In this document: positions 1 through 10,901 of the stretch, piece by piece | Position numbering within the stretch: the stretch's first letter is position 1 | How the letters are laid out: every line of letters begins with the position of its first letter | Made by a program: the position numbers and the translations under genes | Assembly (NCBI GenBank): GCA_963786955.1 | Contig: CAWBAT010000004.1 | Span: 800,001-864,000 of the forward strand | Length of the DNA: 64,000 bases | Reading direction: 5' to 3' | DNA from: an uncultured Acidimicrobiia bacterium | GTDB taxonomy: Bacteria > Acidobacteriota > Terriglobia > Versatilivoradales > Versatilivoraceae | The notes under the pieces: generated by a model | The model's input: only the letters and a program-made list of their open reading frames with translations | Database searches by the model: none | What the model was told of the DNA's origin: nothing

Positions 1-1000
1 CCTTCTGATCCAGGGTGATATCGAGTCTCCCACGATGCTCCATCGCTTGAACGGCATTCAAGAAGATGTTGATGATAATCCTTTCGACCAGCATAGGATC
101 TGTGTTGACGACAACCTGGCTCCGGAAATGTTTGATCACCTCAATCTCGTGTAGTTGTGGATCGTGCCTAAACCCTTGAATGACCGACTCCAGTAAATCG
201 TTGAGAGAGATCTGAGTCTTAGAGGGAGACATAGGCTTGGCATATTCGAGCAGATCCTGGACCGCATGATTGAGGCGGTCGACACGCTGCAAAATTTCAA
301 CCATCAGTTGTTGGCGAACTCCAGCAGGAAGATTGTTCTCAATCAAGACTTCGATGGCCCCACGAATTCCAGCCAAGGGATTGCGGATCTCATGGGCAAC
401 ACCTGCTGCCAGCTGTCCAATCTCTGCCAGCTTTTCCGTTCGAAACAGTTGCGCCTGAAACTGTTCGTTTTCGGCCGTTGCCTTGAGTAAAGCAGCTGTC
501 CTTTCCTGGACTTTAATCTCTAATTCATCATGCGCCTTTCTGAGTGCTTCACGAGACTGAGAACGTTCTGTAACATCTCGAATGATGGCTGTAACGAGAA
601 TTCCTTCTTCGGTTCTTAACGGGCTCAAACTGATTTCTACGGGAAACTCTGACCCGTCCCGGCGGCGGGCGATCAGCTCCATCCCGCTACCCATGGCTCG
701 CGTTGCGGGAGACGAATAGTATTTTTCGCGAACGATAATATGGGGCGCGCGGAAACGCTCTGGAACAAGTATTTCGATAGGCTGACCGACCAAATCTTCC
801 CGGCGATAACCAAACATTTCTTCAGTTTGTGAATTCACAAGAATAATGTTGCTGCGGCTATCGGCGATGATGATACCGTCTGGAGCCGATTCCAAAAGGC
901 CTTGAAAGAGCTCCTGGGAAAACCGCTGAGTTGAGCCGTCACCACTATGATGCGGTCCGGGCCGAAGCGTCTTTTCCGAATGGAGCTTTCGTTTACGGAT
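1..1000 (-). CDS. PAS-domain sensor histidine kinase (3' end runs off the window)
   Basis: Manual translation gives a PAS domain (LLESAPDGIIIADSRSNIILVNSQTEEMFGY...RRDGSEFPVEISLSP), H-box AHEIRNPL and N-box NIFLNAVQAM. Start uncertain: an in-frame ATC follows AAGGAGG. Confidence 0.9.
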   Translation of the reverse strand, partial: MRKRKLHSEKTLRPGPHHSGDGSTQRFSQELFQGLLESAPDGIIIADSRSNIILVNSQTEEMFGYRREDLVGQPIEILVPERFRAPHIIVREKYYSSPATRAMGSGMELIARRRDGSEFPVEISLSPLRTEEGILVTAIIRDVTERSQSREALRKAHDELEIKVQERTAALLKATAENEQFQAQLFRTEKLAEIGQLAAGVAHEIRNPLAGIRGAIEVLIENNLPAGVRQQLMVEILQRVDRLNHAVQDLLEYAKPMSPSKTQISLNDLLESVIQGFRHDPQLHEIEVIKHFRSQVVVNTDPMLVERIIINIFLNAVQAMEHRGRLDITLDQK

Positions 1001-1089
1001 AGTCCCTCCTTAAAAGGCTGCTAGCAAGAACTGTTGCGACATGGGCTATGACAAATCGTCTTGAAGTACAGGATCCATGTCAAAAGATG

Positions 1090-2560
1090 TCAATTGTCCG
1101 GCTCCCCCCATAATTTCGAAATCAGGCGGTCAGCGCATCTCTCTCCTCGATGAATGCAATCGGGGATACCAATGCCGGTAAACGCATTGCCGGCAAGCTG
1201 AAGAGTAGGAAATTTTTCCATTCGTGCTTCAATGTCTGCCACCAAGTCCAAGTGTCCAACTCGATACTGAGCCATGGACAAAGGCCATCGCTCGATCCTG
1301 AATAATATGGGGTTCGCCACTATTCCCAACAATTCTTTGAGATTCCGTTGGATCACCCGAAGAATTTCGGCATCTTCGTATTCGAACACTTTGGGGTGCA
1401 ACGCCCCTCCCATAAAAACTCGCAAGAGGGCAAATGCCTTCGGCGCTCGCCCTGCAAATTTTACATGGGAAAACGTACAGGCCAACATTTCCCGGCCTTC
1501 AATAGCAGGAACTACAAATCCAAATCCATTGATGGATTGGCGAATGTCCTCTATGCGATAAGCCAGATTCACTGTCGCTGTTGAGGCATACCGGATCATT
1601 TTCAGTTGCCGGGAAATCTCTGGATCGACTCCCTCCAACAGGTGGCCCGATCGATACGCTGGAAGGGCAAGACAAACAGCATCCGCTTCCATCTCCTTGC
1701 CATTTCCAAGTCGAACACCCCACAACTTCTGGAACGAGTCCCAGCGCAAAGAGACCACTTCCGCATTCAATTCAATCGCGCCGGCTGGAAGTTTCTTTTC
1801 AAGCGATTGAATCAATACGTTCATACCCTCCCGTAGCGAAGCAAACAAACCGTAGCGTGGACCGGAAACTTGAGCGTGGTTGTTGGAAGAGAGTTTCTTT
1901 CGCTGCTGGAGCATCCCGAAGATGAGGCTGCGATGTTGCTTTTCCATTTCCAGAAATCGAGGCATCGTTGCCCGAAGGCTTAGTTCCTCTGGATCGGATG
2001 TGTAAATTCCCCCCACTAAGGGTTGCGCCATTCTTTCGAGGGCTTCGCGTCCAAGCCTCCTGCGTACAAAGTTGGCAAGGCTTTCGTCTTCTCCTTCATG
2101 GGCCACCCTCCGTCGAGGCAGAACCAGGTCCGCTGCCATGCGAATCTTGCCAGCCCAGCTGAAAATGCGGTGTCGAGACGACCGGCCAGATCTTGGTTGG
2201 AGCCATTAAATAAAATCCATCCGGAACGGGAAGCAGTCTCCCTGCTCGAACGATGAAGGTCCTTCGGTGATTCTCGTTGGTGCCAATGAGCTGAGGTTCA
2301 ATTCCAATCCTCCGACATAGCTCCAGTCCCCAGGGTTTCTCGGTGATAAAAGAGTCGGGGCCTCCTTCCAGCAGGAATCCTTCCTGCTGGACGGTATGGA
2401 TCACGCCGCCTAAACGATCCGAAGATTCAAACAACCGCAGGTCAACAGCGACTTTCCGTCGCTGGCTTTCTTCCACGACTCGATGGGCGGCGGCAAGTCC
2501 CGAAATGCCCCCGCCAATAATAAGGATGCGGGGGCTTCGTTGATTGATTGGGAGATTCAT
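1090..2560 (-). CDS. hemY: Protoporphyrinogen/coproporphyrinogen III oxidase HemY, split by a frameshift near 2140-2190
   Basis: FAD motif IIGGGISGLAAA and EGGPDSF in ORF 2096..2560; C-terminal QYRVGH and GIGIPDCI in ORF 1090..2139. Confidence 0.9.
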
Positions 2561-2676
2561 GAGGAAGATGAGTATGAACCAGAGCGGGCCTAAGGGCTCA
2601 AGGAGATATAAAAGGAAAGCAAATTTTCTAGAGAAAACATCCAGGGTGATCTCCTATAAGACCGTCTCATGCTCTC

Positions 2677-3537
2677 CTAGCGAAGCGGAATTGCAGACAG
2701 TCCCTGGCTCGCACGTAATCCTCCTATCAGAAACAAAGCAAAGAAAATCGAATAGCCCACCTCACTCCATCCTATGATAGCAAAATCGAGTCGGGACCGT
2801 GACTTCGAACTCACTCGAAGCCCGCGAATTATGATGGGCACAAAAGCTAGAACTCCGAGGGGAGGCAGTTGTCTGAGGATCCATAAGAGCAGGAGAATGA
2901 CAATCATTCCCAGATGGTAGAAACGACAAGCTATCGCCATCCCAGCCGAATTCGACGGCAATTTTGATCTGAGTCTTACGTAACTTTGGACAACCGCTTT
3001 GACGTAAAAGATACTACTCACAAAGTATAGAATACACAGAATCCACAGCCAAAAGCCCACCGCTTGAAATTCGCCGGTTGCCACGTAATAGGCCATGGGT
3101 CCAGTCATCGTCAAACCGACGATCCCGGCTATTTCGCCTGACACCGTACGAACCTCTTTGCGTCGGACGAAATAACCAAATGCCAGAATAATTGGGATTC
3201 CCAGAAGACCGAAAATCTTTAAGCCTTTCACCTGATAATGAAAATACAGAACTGCAAAGCTTCCTGCACTGATTCCAGCATAGATGCAAAACCAAGCAAG
3301 ATGGCGTCTGATCCACTTGGCGCCTGGTGAAGATTCTTTAGGGGACAATAACTGAGCAAAAGGTTTCTGCGATAGAAAGGCGAAGGTGGTAGCGATCAAA
3401 AGCCAGAGCGTTTCGAGAGTGAGGTTGCCGGCAATGCCAACTCCAATTACAAATGGAATATAGAGCATTCCCCAGGCGCCATGCTCTTTTGGTTTGGGAA
3501 GGGTGAATTGAGAGCTGCTGGAATTACGATTTGGCAT
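2677..3537 (-). CDS. YwiC-like integral membrane protein
   Basis: N-terminal PKEHGAWGML motif, multiple TM helices, C-terminal IGWSEV. Confidence 0.75.
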   Translation of the reverse strand: MPNRNSSSSQFTLPKPKEHGAWGMLYIPFVIGVGIAGNLTLETLWLLIATTFAFLSQKPFAQLLSPKESSPGAKWIRRHLAWFCIYAGISAGSFAVLYFHYQVKGLKIFGLLGIPIILAFGYFVRRKEVRTVSGEIAGIVGLTMTGPMAYYVATGEFQAVGFWLWILCILYFVSSIFYVKAVVQSYVRLRSKLPSNSAGMAIACRFYHLGMIVILLLLWILRQLPPLGVLAFVPIIIRGLRVSSKSRSRLDFAIIGWSEVGYSIFFALFLIGGLRASQGLSAIPLR

Positions 3538-3579
3538 TCTGGCACTCTTAATTGGAAGTTTTCCCCCCGTCCCCTAAAA

Positions 3580-3685
3580 AGATGTGAAGGAATTGTAGCG
3601 GCGCTCTATGAGCGCAGACCAAGCCGTTGAAATGAAAAGAAGCCGGCGGTCACAGATAGCCGCTACAGCCGATTCTTTCACATCT
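3580..3685. repeat. TIR-bounded REP/MITE-like element
   Basis: Inverted ends AGATGTGAAGGAAT...ATTCTTTCACATCT enclose the inverted pair TGTAGCGGC...GCCGCTACA. Confidence 0.6.
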
Positions 3686-4030
3686 CCCCCATCATTCAGG
3701 GAATCAAGTTCACTTTATACCCTACTTCAATGAATCTTTGAAATGGATATAAGTGAGATGTGGGGAATCACCCAGAAATTTGTCAAATGCCCAAGTGGGT
3801 TCGCATCAATGGTTGCCTCTATCCATGGAAGTTCTTGAATTGATTGAACCGGGAAACGTTTTCCGTGTGGAGTAAGAATTGCCTTTTCACTATCGTCATT
3901 GAGTCAGAAAAGAAATGCCTTCTGACTCCGGTTTGCAGAGGGGGGGCCGCGTGACCATTTTCCCCTCCCCGGCACGCAGGTATAACCCCCTCTGCATTTC
4001 AATTCAGAATAAGGAGGAAAGATAACCTCC

Positions 4031-4267
4031 ATGAAGCCGCCCAACTGGATAATCAGGCTTATTTCCGTGGGAATCGGATTTATGGTCTTTTCTCTCGCCT
4101 TATTGTCGCCTTTGAAAGCGACTTCCCAGTTTACAAAGGAGACAGGGAAAAAGTGCGCAGATTGCCATTCAAAAGTTCCCAAGAAAGGTGACAAAGATCT
4201 TTACCTAACAGAACTAGGAAAGCAATTCAAGGAGAACGGTAACAAGCTTCCCGCAGAAAAAAAATAG
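4031..4267 (+). CDS. Small secreted monoheme c-type cytochrome
   Basis: Signal peptide, single CADCH, AAGGAGG RBS upstream. Confidence 0.75.
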   Translation: MKPPNWIIRLISVGIGFMVFSLALLSPLKATSQFTKETGKKCADCHSKVPKKGDKDLYLTELGKQFKENGNKLPAEKK

Positions 4268-4356
4268 GTTGCGTCACTTTGTTTCTGTGGAAAAGGCTGG
4301 GCTCTCGAAATTTAAGAGCATAGATCGCCTAACGCATCGTAGTAGGTTTATATCTC

Positions 4357-4385
4357 AAGGGCGACACAAAGTTGCCCTTTTTTTT
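4357..4385 (+). terminator. Rho-independent terminator
   Basis: AAGGGCGAC-acaaa-GTTGCCCTT hairpin followed by a T run, downstream of the small cytochrome gene. Confidence 0.65.
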
Positions 4386-4530
4386 GTATTTGCGTCAAAT
4401 CACCCAAAGCTAAGCATGGATTCACCTGTTCAAGAACTCAACAGGATATCCGCTTCATCAATGGAGTTCTTACTCTATTTTTTTCAATAAGTTGGCTAAA
4501 TGATCAATCTTATCTCCCCAAGGATACGGG

Positions 4531-4546
4531 TGGACGCTGGATTGCA
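4531..4546 (+). promoter_or_regulatory. Possible sigma-54 promoter
   Basis: TGGACG-CTGGA-TTGCA (GG-N10-GC) upstream of the multiheme operon; imperfect -24 box. Confidence 0.3.
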
Positions 4547-4608
4547 TTTCTCAACAGTGTTGGCGTCGTTTGAATCTGGCACTATGCGGGAACCCGCGGG
4601 ATATCCTC

Positions 4609-5901
4609 ATGATTATCGATTTCTTGGCTCTTCGCTCTTCTCGCCTTCGAATCCAATTCTTACGCCCATTCTATCTTGGCCTTATTTTCGCCGGGTTGCT
4701 TATGGCGCAGCCTGTTGCTGCCGGGGTAGCGGATGAAGATTGTTTGAATTGTCACGAGGACAAGGATTTGAAGGACAACTCGGACCGGTCTCTTTTTGTC
4801 GATAAGGTGCAGTTTGGAAATTCCATCCACGGTCGATCGGGCATCTCGTGTGTGAATTGTCACGCCGATCTAGAAAAAGTGAAGGATTTCCCGCATCCCG
4901 AAAAATTGGCAAAGGTGAACTGTTCTGGTTGTCATACTGAGGCGCAGCAGAAGTTTGAAAGGAGCATCCACGGTAAGGCCGTGACTGACAAGGGACTGGA
5001 GAGGGTTCACTGTCAATCCTGCCACGGATACCACGATGTGTTGGAGGGTCATAACGTCAACTCCCGGACGCACCCACTACAGCAACCCGCCACATGCGGG
5101 AGTTGTCACTTCGACGGCTCTTTCCAAGCCAAACACCGTGTGAACGCCAAAGATTTTCTAAACACAGTCCATGGAATTGCGCTCGTGAAGTATGGGCTCT
5201 CGAATAGCGCAACTTGTGTGACTTGTCACGGCTCCCATGAAGTAACAGACACCTCAGACCCAGAGTCGCTGGTTTCAAAGAAAAACGTTCCTGCGACCTG
5301 CGGGCATTGTCACGAAGGTATCTTGAAGGACTATCTGGAAGGAGTGCATGGACAGGATTTCCAGAAAGGCATCCGGGATGTCCCGGTGTGCACGGACTGT
5401 CACGGGGAACACCAGATTCTTTCGCCCCAGGACAAACAATCCAAGGTCTATGCAACGCACGTGGCTCTCACCTGCGCAAGATGCCATGATAATCAAGACC
5501 TCGCGCGCATCTATAACCTGCCAGCTCAGCGGCTTCGGTCTTTTCAAGGCAGCTTTCACGGAATCGCCTCTCATTTTGGCGAAACGCGTGTCGCCAGCTG
5601 TATCAGTTGTCATGGGTTTCATAATATCCGCCCGTCCAGTGATCCAAAATCCCCCATCAATTCCGCCAATTTACCCAAGACCTGTGGACAATGTCACGGA
5701 GGGGCCATCCAGCAACTGACACAGGTAAAAGTTCATGTGCTGGACCCAAAAGCCGCCAATTACGCTGGATTTATCATTCAAAATTTTTACTTTTATACGA
5801 TTTCCATTGTCATGGGCAGTTTTGTTCTCTACATCGCTGCCGACCTCAAGGCACGACTTTCCAAGAGATCCCAATCCCGACCCAAAGGAGGCGATGTTTG
5901 A
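4609..5901 (+). CDS. 11-heme c-type cytochrome with C-terminal TM helix (CbcL-like periplasmic part)
   Basis: 11 CxxCH motifs counted, N-terminal hydrophobic segment, C-terminal hydrophobic helix; start may be 4570. Confidence 0.9.
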   Translation: MIIDFLALRSSRLRIQFLRPFYLGLIFAGLLMAQPVAAGVADEDCLNCHEDKDLKDNSDRSLFVDKVQFGNSIHGRSGISCVNCHADLEKVKDFPHPEKLAKVNCSGCHTEAQQKFERSIHGKAVTDKGLERVHCQSCHGYHDVLEGHNVNSRTHPLQQPATCGSCHFDGSFQAKHRVNAKDFLNTVHGIALVKYGLSNSATCVTCHGSHEVTDTSDPESLVSKKNVPATCGHCHEGILKDYLEGVHGQDFQKGIRDVPVCTDCHGEHQILSPQDKQSKVYATHVALTCARCHDNQDLARIYNLPAQRLRSFQGSFHGIASHFGETRVASCISCHGFHNIRPSSDPKSPINSANLPKTCGQCHGGAIQQLTQVKVHVLDPKAANYAGFIIQNFYFYTISIVMGSFVLYIAADLKARLSKRSQSRPKGGDV

Positions 5902-6779
5902 CCTTGATCACGAAATTTCAGCCCCTTGGAGAAACCGAAGAGAGAGATTCGGCTAGATCGGCTGGTAAGCTGGAAATATCCCAAGTGCTCATCCGGGATG
6001 AGGAGGAATTTGTCCGGATGACCCTGGCCGAGCGACTCCAGCATGCCATTTTGATATCTTGTTTTGTGCTGCTGGTGGTGACCGGCCTGCCGCTTTTGAC
6101 CAAACCGGTTCCCGACACGAGCGGACTTTTCATTTTCGATTGGGGATTCAGATTGCGGGGAATTTTGCACCGAATTGCCGGAGTCGGACTGATTGCCGTC
6201 TCCCTCTTTCATCTCTACTACATCAGCTCTACCCAGAGGGGGAGAGAAATTTTTCTCGCATTGCTACCTCGATTGAAAGATGCGACCGACGCACTGCAAG
6301 CTTTCGGGCATAATTTGGGATTCTCCGAATGGTTACGCAGAAAGGGAATCCTGAAGAACTTCTTTGACCGGCACCCTTTCTGGCTTTTTGCCAAAGCGCC
6401 CCAGTACGGAAGATACAATTTCATTGAGAAATTTGAATATCTGGCCCTCATTTGGGGGAACTTTGTAATGATTTTTACGGGGTTTTTCTTGTGGACGACG
6501 AACCTCTCACTACAGCTTTTTCCCCTTTGGGTTTATGACATTTTCAAGATTGTCCATGGCTACGAAGCGATTTTGGCTTTTCTGGCCATTATCGTATGGC
6601 ATTTGTACAACGTGCATTTGAGTTCGGGGGTCTTTCCGATGAGCAAGGTATGGCTCAATGGAAAAATCACTGGAAGGGAATTACGTGAACAGCATTTCCT
6701 GGAATATCAATCTATTCTCGAAAATCGGCGGCGACAAGAAGAGCTTAAGAACCATTCGGACTTGGAATCGCTCTCATGA
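5898..6779 (+). CDS. FdnI/HydC-like diheme cytochrome b (partner of the 11-heme cytochrome)
   Basis: ERLQH, LHR, GRYNFIEKFEY, IVHGYEA and WHLY motifs; TTG start after AAGGAGG overlapping the upstream stop. Confidence 0.85.
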   Translation: MTLITKFQPLGETEERDSARSAGKLEISQVLIRDEEEFVRMTLAERLQHAILISCFVLLVVTGLPLLTKPVPDTSGLFIFDWGFRLRGILHRIAGVGLIAVSLFHLYYISSTQRGREIFLALLPRLKDATDALQAFGHNLGFSEWLRRKGILKNFFDRHPFWLFAKAPQYGRYNFIEKFEYLALIWGNFVMIFTGFFLWTTNLSLQLFPLWVYDIFKIVHGYEAILAFLAIIVWHLYNVHLSSGVFPMSKVWLNGKITGRELREQHFLEYQSILENRRRQEELKNHSDLESLS

Positions 6780-6803
6780 AGCACCGAAATAAGGACATCC
6801 ATT

Positions 6804-7043
6804 ATGCTTTTACCTCAGATCCCGGAAGGAGCAGCTCTTCGGATCTTGGGATTCACCGGGACACGCCGTTTGCGCCGGGACTTGGCGCAATTAGGAATCC
6901 AGATCGGGGACATTGTTCGTGTTCACCGTCATGTCCCGTTTGGCGGGCCGATCCTCCTGGAGCACTGCGGCACAAAGGTTGCATTGGGGAGGAGCCTGGC
7001 AGAACGAATCCGGGTAGAACAGGTGAATGGGGAATCGCCTTAA
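6804..7043 (+). CDS. feoA: Ferrous iron transport protein A
   Basis: LAQLGIQIG...PFGGPILL...KVALGRSLAERIRV, directly upstream of feoB. Confidence 0.9.
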   Translation: MLLPQIPEGAALRILGFTGTRRLRRDLAQLGIQIGDIVRVHRHVPFGGPILLEHCGTKVALGRSLAERIRVEQVNGESP

Positions 7044-8938
7044 TAGGACAACCTAATTCCGGGAAAAGCACCCTTTTCAACAGTGTTGCAGGCTATCGTT
7101 CAGTCACCTCTAATTTCCCCGGCGTCACCGTTCATTACACGAGTGGCCGGATCCGCTTCAATGGTCTGCTTTCCCAGCTCATCGACTTACCAGGCATCTA
7201 CTCGCTGACGGCGTCAAATCCAGCCGAAAGCGCCACCTGTGATTTTCTGCTGCAACAATCTCCGAATGCCCTCATCAATGTCATCGACAGCTCTGTTCTC
7301 TCGCGCAGTCTGGAGCTTACGTTGCAACTACTCGAGTTTGGGTATCCGATGGTTGTCTGCTTAAATATGATGGATGAAGCTCATCGGAAAGGCATCCGTA
7401 TTGATCCGCACAAACTCTCCGAGAAACTCGGGGTGCCGGTGATTGAAACGATTGCCGCCGAGGGCATCGGTATCCACCGCCTCTTCCAGGAAACCTTTCA
7501 GGTGATCGGCCGGAAACCAGCAGCAGGGACGGGAGTTGGGTTTGATCGGGACACCGAGACGATTATTGATGAACTGGTGCACCAGATTGTAAAGTTTCCA
7601 GACGTACACAGACGGTTACCACCCCGTCTTTTGGCCATCCGTCTGTTAGAAGACAATCCTCAACTGGCGGAGCAAAGCCTGACACTGCCAAAAGAACAGA
7701 TCGAGGCCGCCCGCCTCCAATTGGAAGCCAATCGCGGCAAACCAGCGGAAGAAGTGATTGAATCAGAGCGCCATGCCCTTTCCATGAAGCTTTTCGAGGA
7801 GGTAGCCAGCGTAAGCACTCCTCCACGGGACGTGCGCGAAAGCCTCGATGCCATTCTTACCCACAAAGTTTGGGGATATCTGATTCTAATCGGGATGCTG
7901 GTTTCTTTTTTTGGGATGGTCTACGGAGTCGGAATGCTCCTGGAGCGTCCAGTCCTGGGGGTGTTTGAGTGGGTGATCGCAGCTGCCGGCCGATGGATGA
8001 ATCCATCCGGATTACCGTTTGCGTTATCCAAAGGTCTCGTCCAAGGCGTTGCAGGCGGGGTCGCCATTGTTCTTCCCTACTTGCTCCCTTTCCTGATTGG
8101 CATGGCTGTCCTGGAGGATATTGGGTATTTGCCGCGAGTTGCTTTTCTCATGGACTCCTTCATGCACCGCATCGGGCTCCATGGGGTTGCTGTCATCCCA
8201 GCCATTCTCGGCTATGGCTGCAACGTTCCTGCGGTGATGGCCACGCGAATCCTCTCTTCCCCTCGAGACCGCTTCATTGCGGCTTTTATCTCTACCTTGA
8301 CGCCCTGTTCTGCGAGAATGACCGTCATCTTCGGATTGGTTGCTTTCTACCTCGGTCCTTTATGGGCCTTATTGATTTACGTCATTAATTTTGTAGTGAT
8401 CGCGCTTTCAGGAAGAATTCTCACTGCAATAATGCCGGAAAGCTCTCCCGGATTGATCCTTGAAGTCCCCCCTTACCGTACCCCGAAATTCTCTACTTTG
8501 ATGGGAAAGACCTGGTTGCGCATGAAGGAATTCGTCGTCGTTGCCTGGCCGTTGTTGATCGCGGGGAGTTTTTTGCTCAGTCTTGCTGAGTACTATCACT
8601 GGGACAAGGTGCTCAATGCCGGGCTGTCTCCGTTAACATCACTGCTTGGCTTGCCTGCGGCGGTTGGAACAACCCTGATCTTCGGGATTCTTCGGAAAGA
8701 ACTTTCAATGATCATGCTCCTGCAGGCGTTGGGGACAACCGATGTTCAATCGGTCCTATCCGTAGGACAGATTTTTGTGTTTACGATTTTTATTACCTTC
8801 TATATTCCCTGCGTAGCCACCATCGCTGCCCTCATCAAAGAAATTGGCTGGAGGATGGCCTTGGCAGTTGCTGTCTATAGCCTGTCCTCGGCCGTGCTGA
8901 TTGGGCTGGGTGGACGGCTCCTTTTCGCCGCGCTTTGA
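7027..8938 (+). CDS. feoB: Ferrous iron transporter FeoB (start probably displaced by an indel in a G run)
   Basis: G1 GQPNSGKST, NFPGVT, DLPG, NMMD, gate motifs GYGCNVPA and YIPCVA. Confidence 0.95.
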
Positions 8939-9015
8939 TATTGATCCAGGGATGGGTTATTCGATAACTTTTGCAATACTCTGCGGATAGCCTGGCGAAT
9001 CAATTTCCCCCTCCT

Positions 9016-9168
9016 GAAAGTGTAAAGCAATTGGCTTCGGTATCGATCTGCGAGTGTCCCCCTTGGTTAAGGGGGACTCCAGGGGGTTCGTCCACCAGGA
9101 CTTACGACCACCCCCTCGCCCCCTCCTTACCAAGGAGGGGAACCAATATTGAATTTCTTCAGACCTTC
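9016..9168. repeat. TIR-bounded REP/MITE-like element
   Basis: Imperfect inverted ends GAAAGTGTAAAGCAATT...AATTTCTTCAGACCTTC; internal hairpins GTCCCCCTT-ggtt-AAGGGGGAC and CCCCTCCTT-acc-AAGGAGGGG. Confidence 0.55.
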
Positions 9169-9278
9169 TCTGTCGTGTCCTTTGTCTGAAAGAGGTTCCC
9201 CTCCGGCAAATATCCTTATACCAAAGCGGGTTTTTGGTTATGATTTCACGACTTAATTAAACCTAAGAGGGGGAAATC

Positions 9279-10662
9279 TTGATGAAAATAAACCGACGAA
9301 ATTTTATTGCTTCTTCGGCGGCAGGAGTAGTTGGCGTTTCCACCACAGCAAAGAGTTTTGCCAACATTATGGGGGCCAATGATCGCATCTTGATGGGCTT
9401 TATCGGTCTGGGGGGAATGGGCCAGTACAATCTGAAGGATTTTCTCCAAATGAAGGACGTATCCGTGGCCGCAGTGTGTGATGTATGGGAACATAATCTG
9501 AGTGTGGCTTCGAAATTGACCGAAACCCAACCGTCCGGCAAAGCCAAGGGATATTCAGATTTTCGCAAGCTACTAGAAATGAAAGAGATCGATGCTGTCT
9601 TGATTGCGACTCCCGACCATTGGCATGCTTTTCCAACAATTCAGGCTTGCGAGGCAGGCAAAGATGTCTATATCGAAAAACCATTGGCCTACTGTATTCA
9701 GGAGGGCCGCAAGATGGTGGAGGCTGCTCGAAAGAATAACCGTGTGGTCCAGATGGGCACCCAGCAACGATCCGGTAAACATTACGCCGAAGCCTCTCAA
9801 CTGATCCGGGAGGGAAGATCGGCAATATTAGTCGGGTTGCCGCCTGGAATTACGGCAATGAGTCTCCTCTCGGCATCGGTAATCCTCCCGATGGAGACTC
9901 CTCCCGCCGGATTAAACTGGGACATGTATCTGGGAGCCGCACCCGTCGTCCCCTTTAATCCCAATCGCTTCATAGTGAATTTCCGTTGGTTTTGGGATTA
10001 TGCAGGCGGAATGATGACCGATTGGGGGGTCCACCATATTGACACCGTCCATATGGCCATGGGGGTAAAAGCTCCAAATTGCCGTGTGCACTTTCGGGCG
10101 GAAGTTCGTTCTGAGAGATAATCGCCAAACTCCCGACACTTTGGAAGTGACCTACGAATATCCCGAATTTATTCTGACTTATTCCAGCCGCTTTCTGAAC
10201 AATCGCAGCGCCCAAGGAAGGATCTACGGAATCGAATTCTTTGGAACGGACGGGACACTCTTCATTGACCGAGCCGGCTATGAGATCTACCCTGAGACAC
10301 GGAAAATTGACGAGGAGCCTGTCCCGCCTTATCTGAAAAAACTCAAGAACGACGAAAACCCCCCGAAGCCTTGGGAAAAGGAACGATCCGAACGTCTAGA
10401 ACGCACTCAGCTCGTTCAGGGCGAAGGGTCTGAACAACACATCTATCATGTGCGTAACTTTCTGGATTGCGTGAAGAGCCGGCAGCGTCCGGTCTCCGAC
10501 GTGGAAGAGGGGCACCGCTCGACGACGGCAGCCCATCTTGGGAATATCTCCTTACACGCCGGCAGAAAAATTCGTTGGGATGCCGAGAAGGAAGTAGTCA
10601 TCAACGATCCCGAGGCCAACAAGCTGCTCACTCGTGAATATCGAAAACCGTGGGAAGTCTAG
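9279..10662 (+). CDS. Tat-exported Gfo/Idh/MocA family oxidoreductase (frameshifted)
   Basis: RRNFI Tat motif, [31 protein letters not shown]; C-terminus in ORF 10084..10662. Confidence 0.9.
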
Positions 10663-10901
10663 CCAATTGTTGATGTTGAAGCCAAACACCAGGAGCGCGA
10701 GGAAATAATCTGTTTATGCTCGCCCCGAACAATGCAAATGAAGTTCCTAGGAAATCGAATGAGTCACAATCCCGACTAGGTGATGCCCTTCAACGACAGC
10801 TAATCCGAAGCCATTCAAATCCGCAGCGATTGGATGATATGATCTATCTCCTCACACAAGAGTCTCCGGCAATTTCGGCGAAGGCTTCCTATTCCTGTTT
10901 A

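Noticed and set aside
3870-3900. Fur or FNR box in the ywiC/cytochrome intergenic region
   Set aside because: Only a partial match to consensus, too weak to support.
6776-7030. Long N-terminal extension of FeoB or a FeoA-FeoB overlap
   Set aside because: The extension is an alternate frame of feoA; removing one G near 7030 gives ATG-GGA-ATC (MGIALIGQPN).
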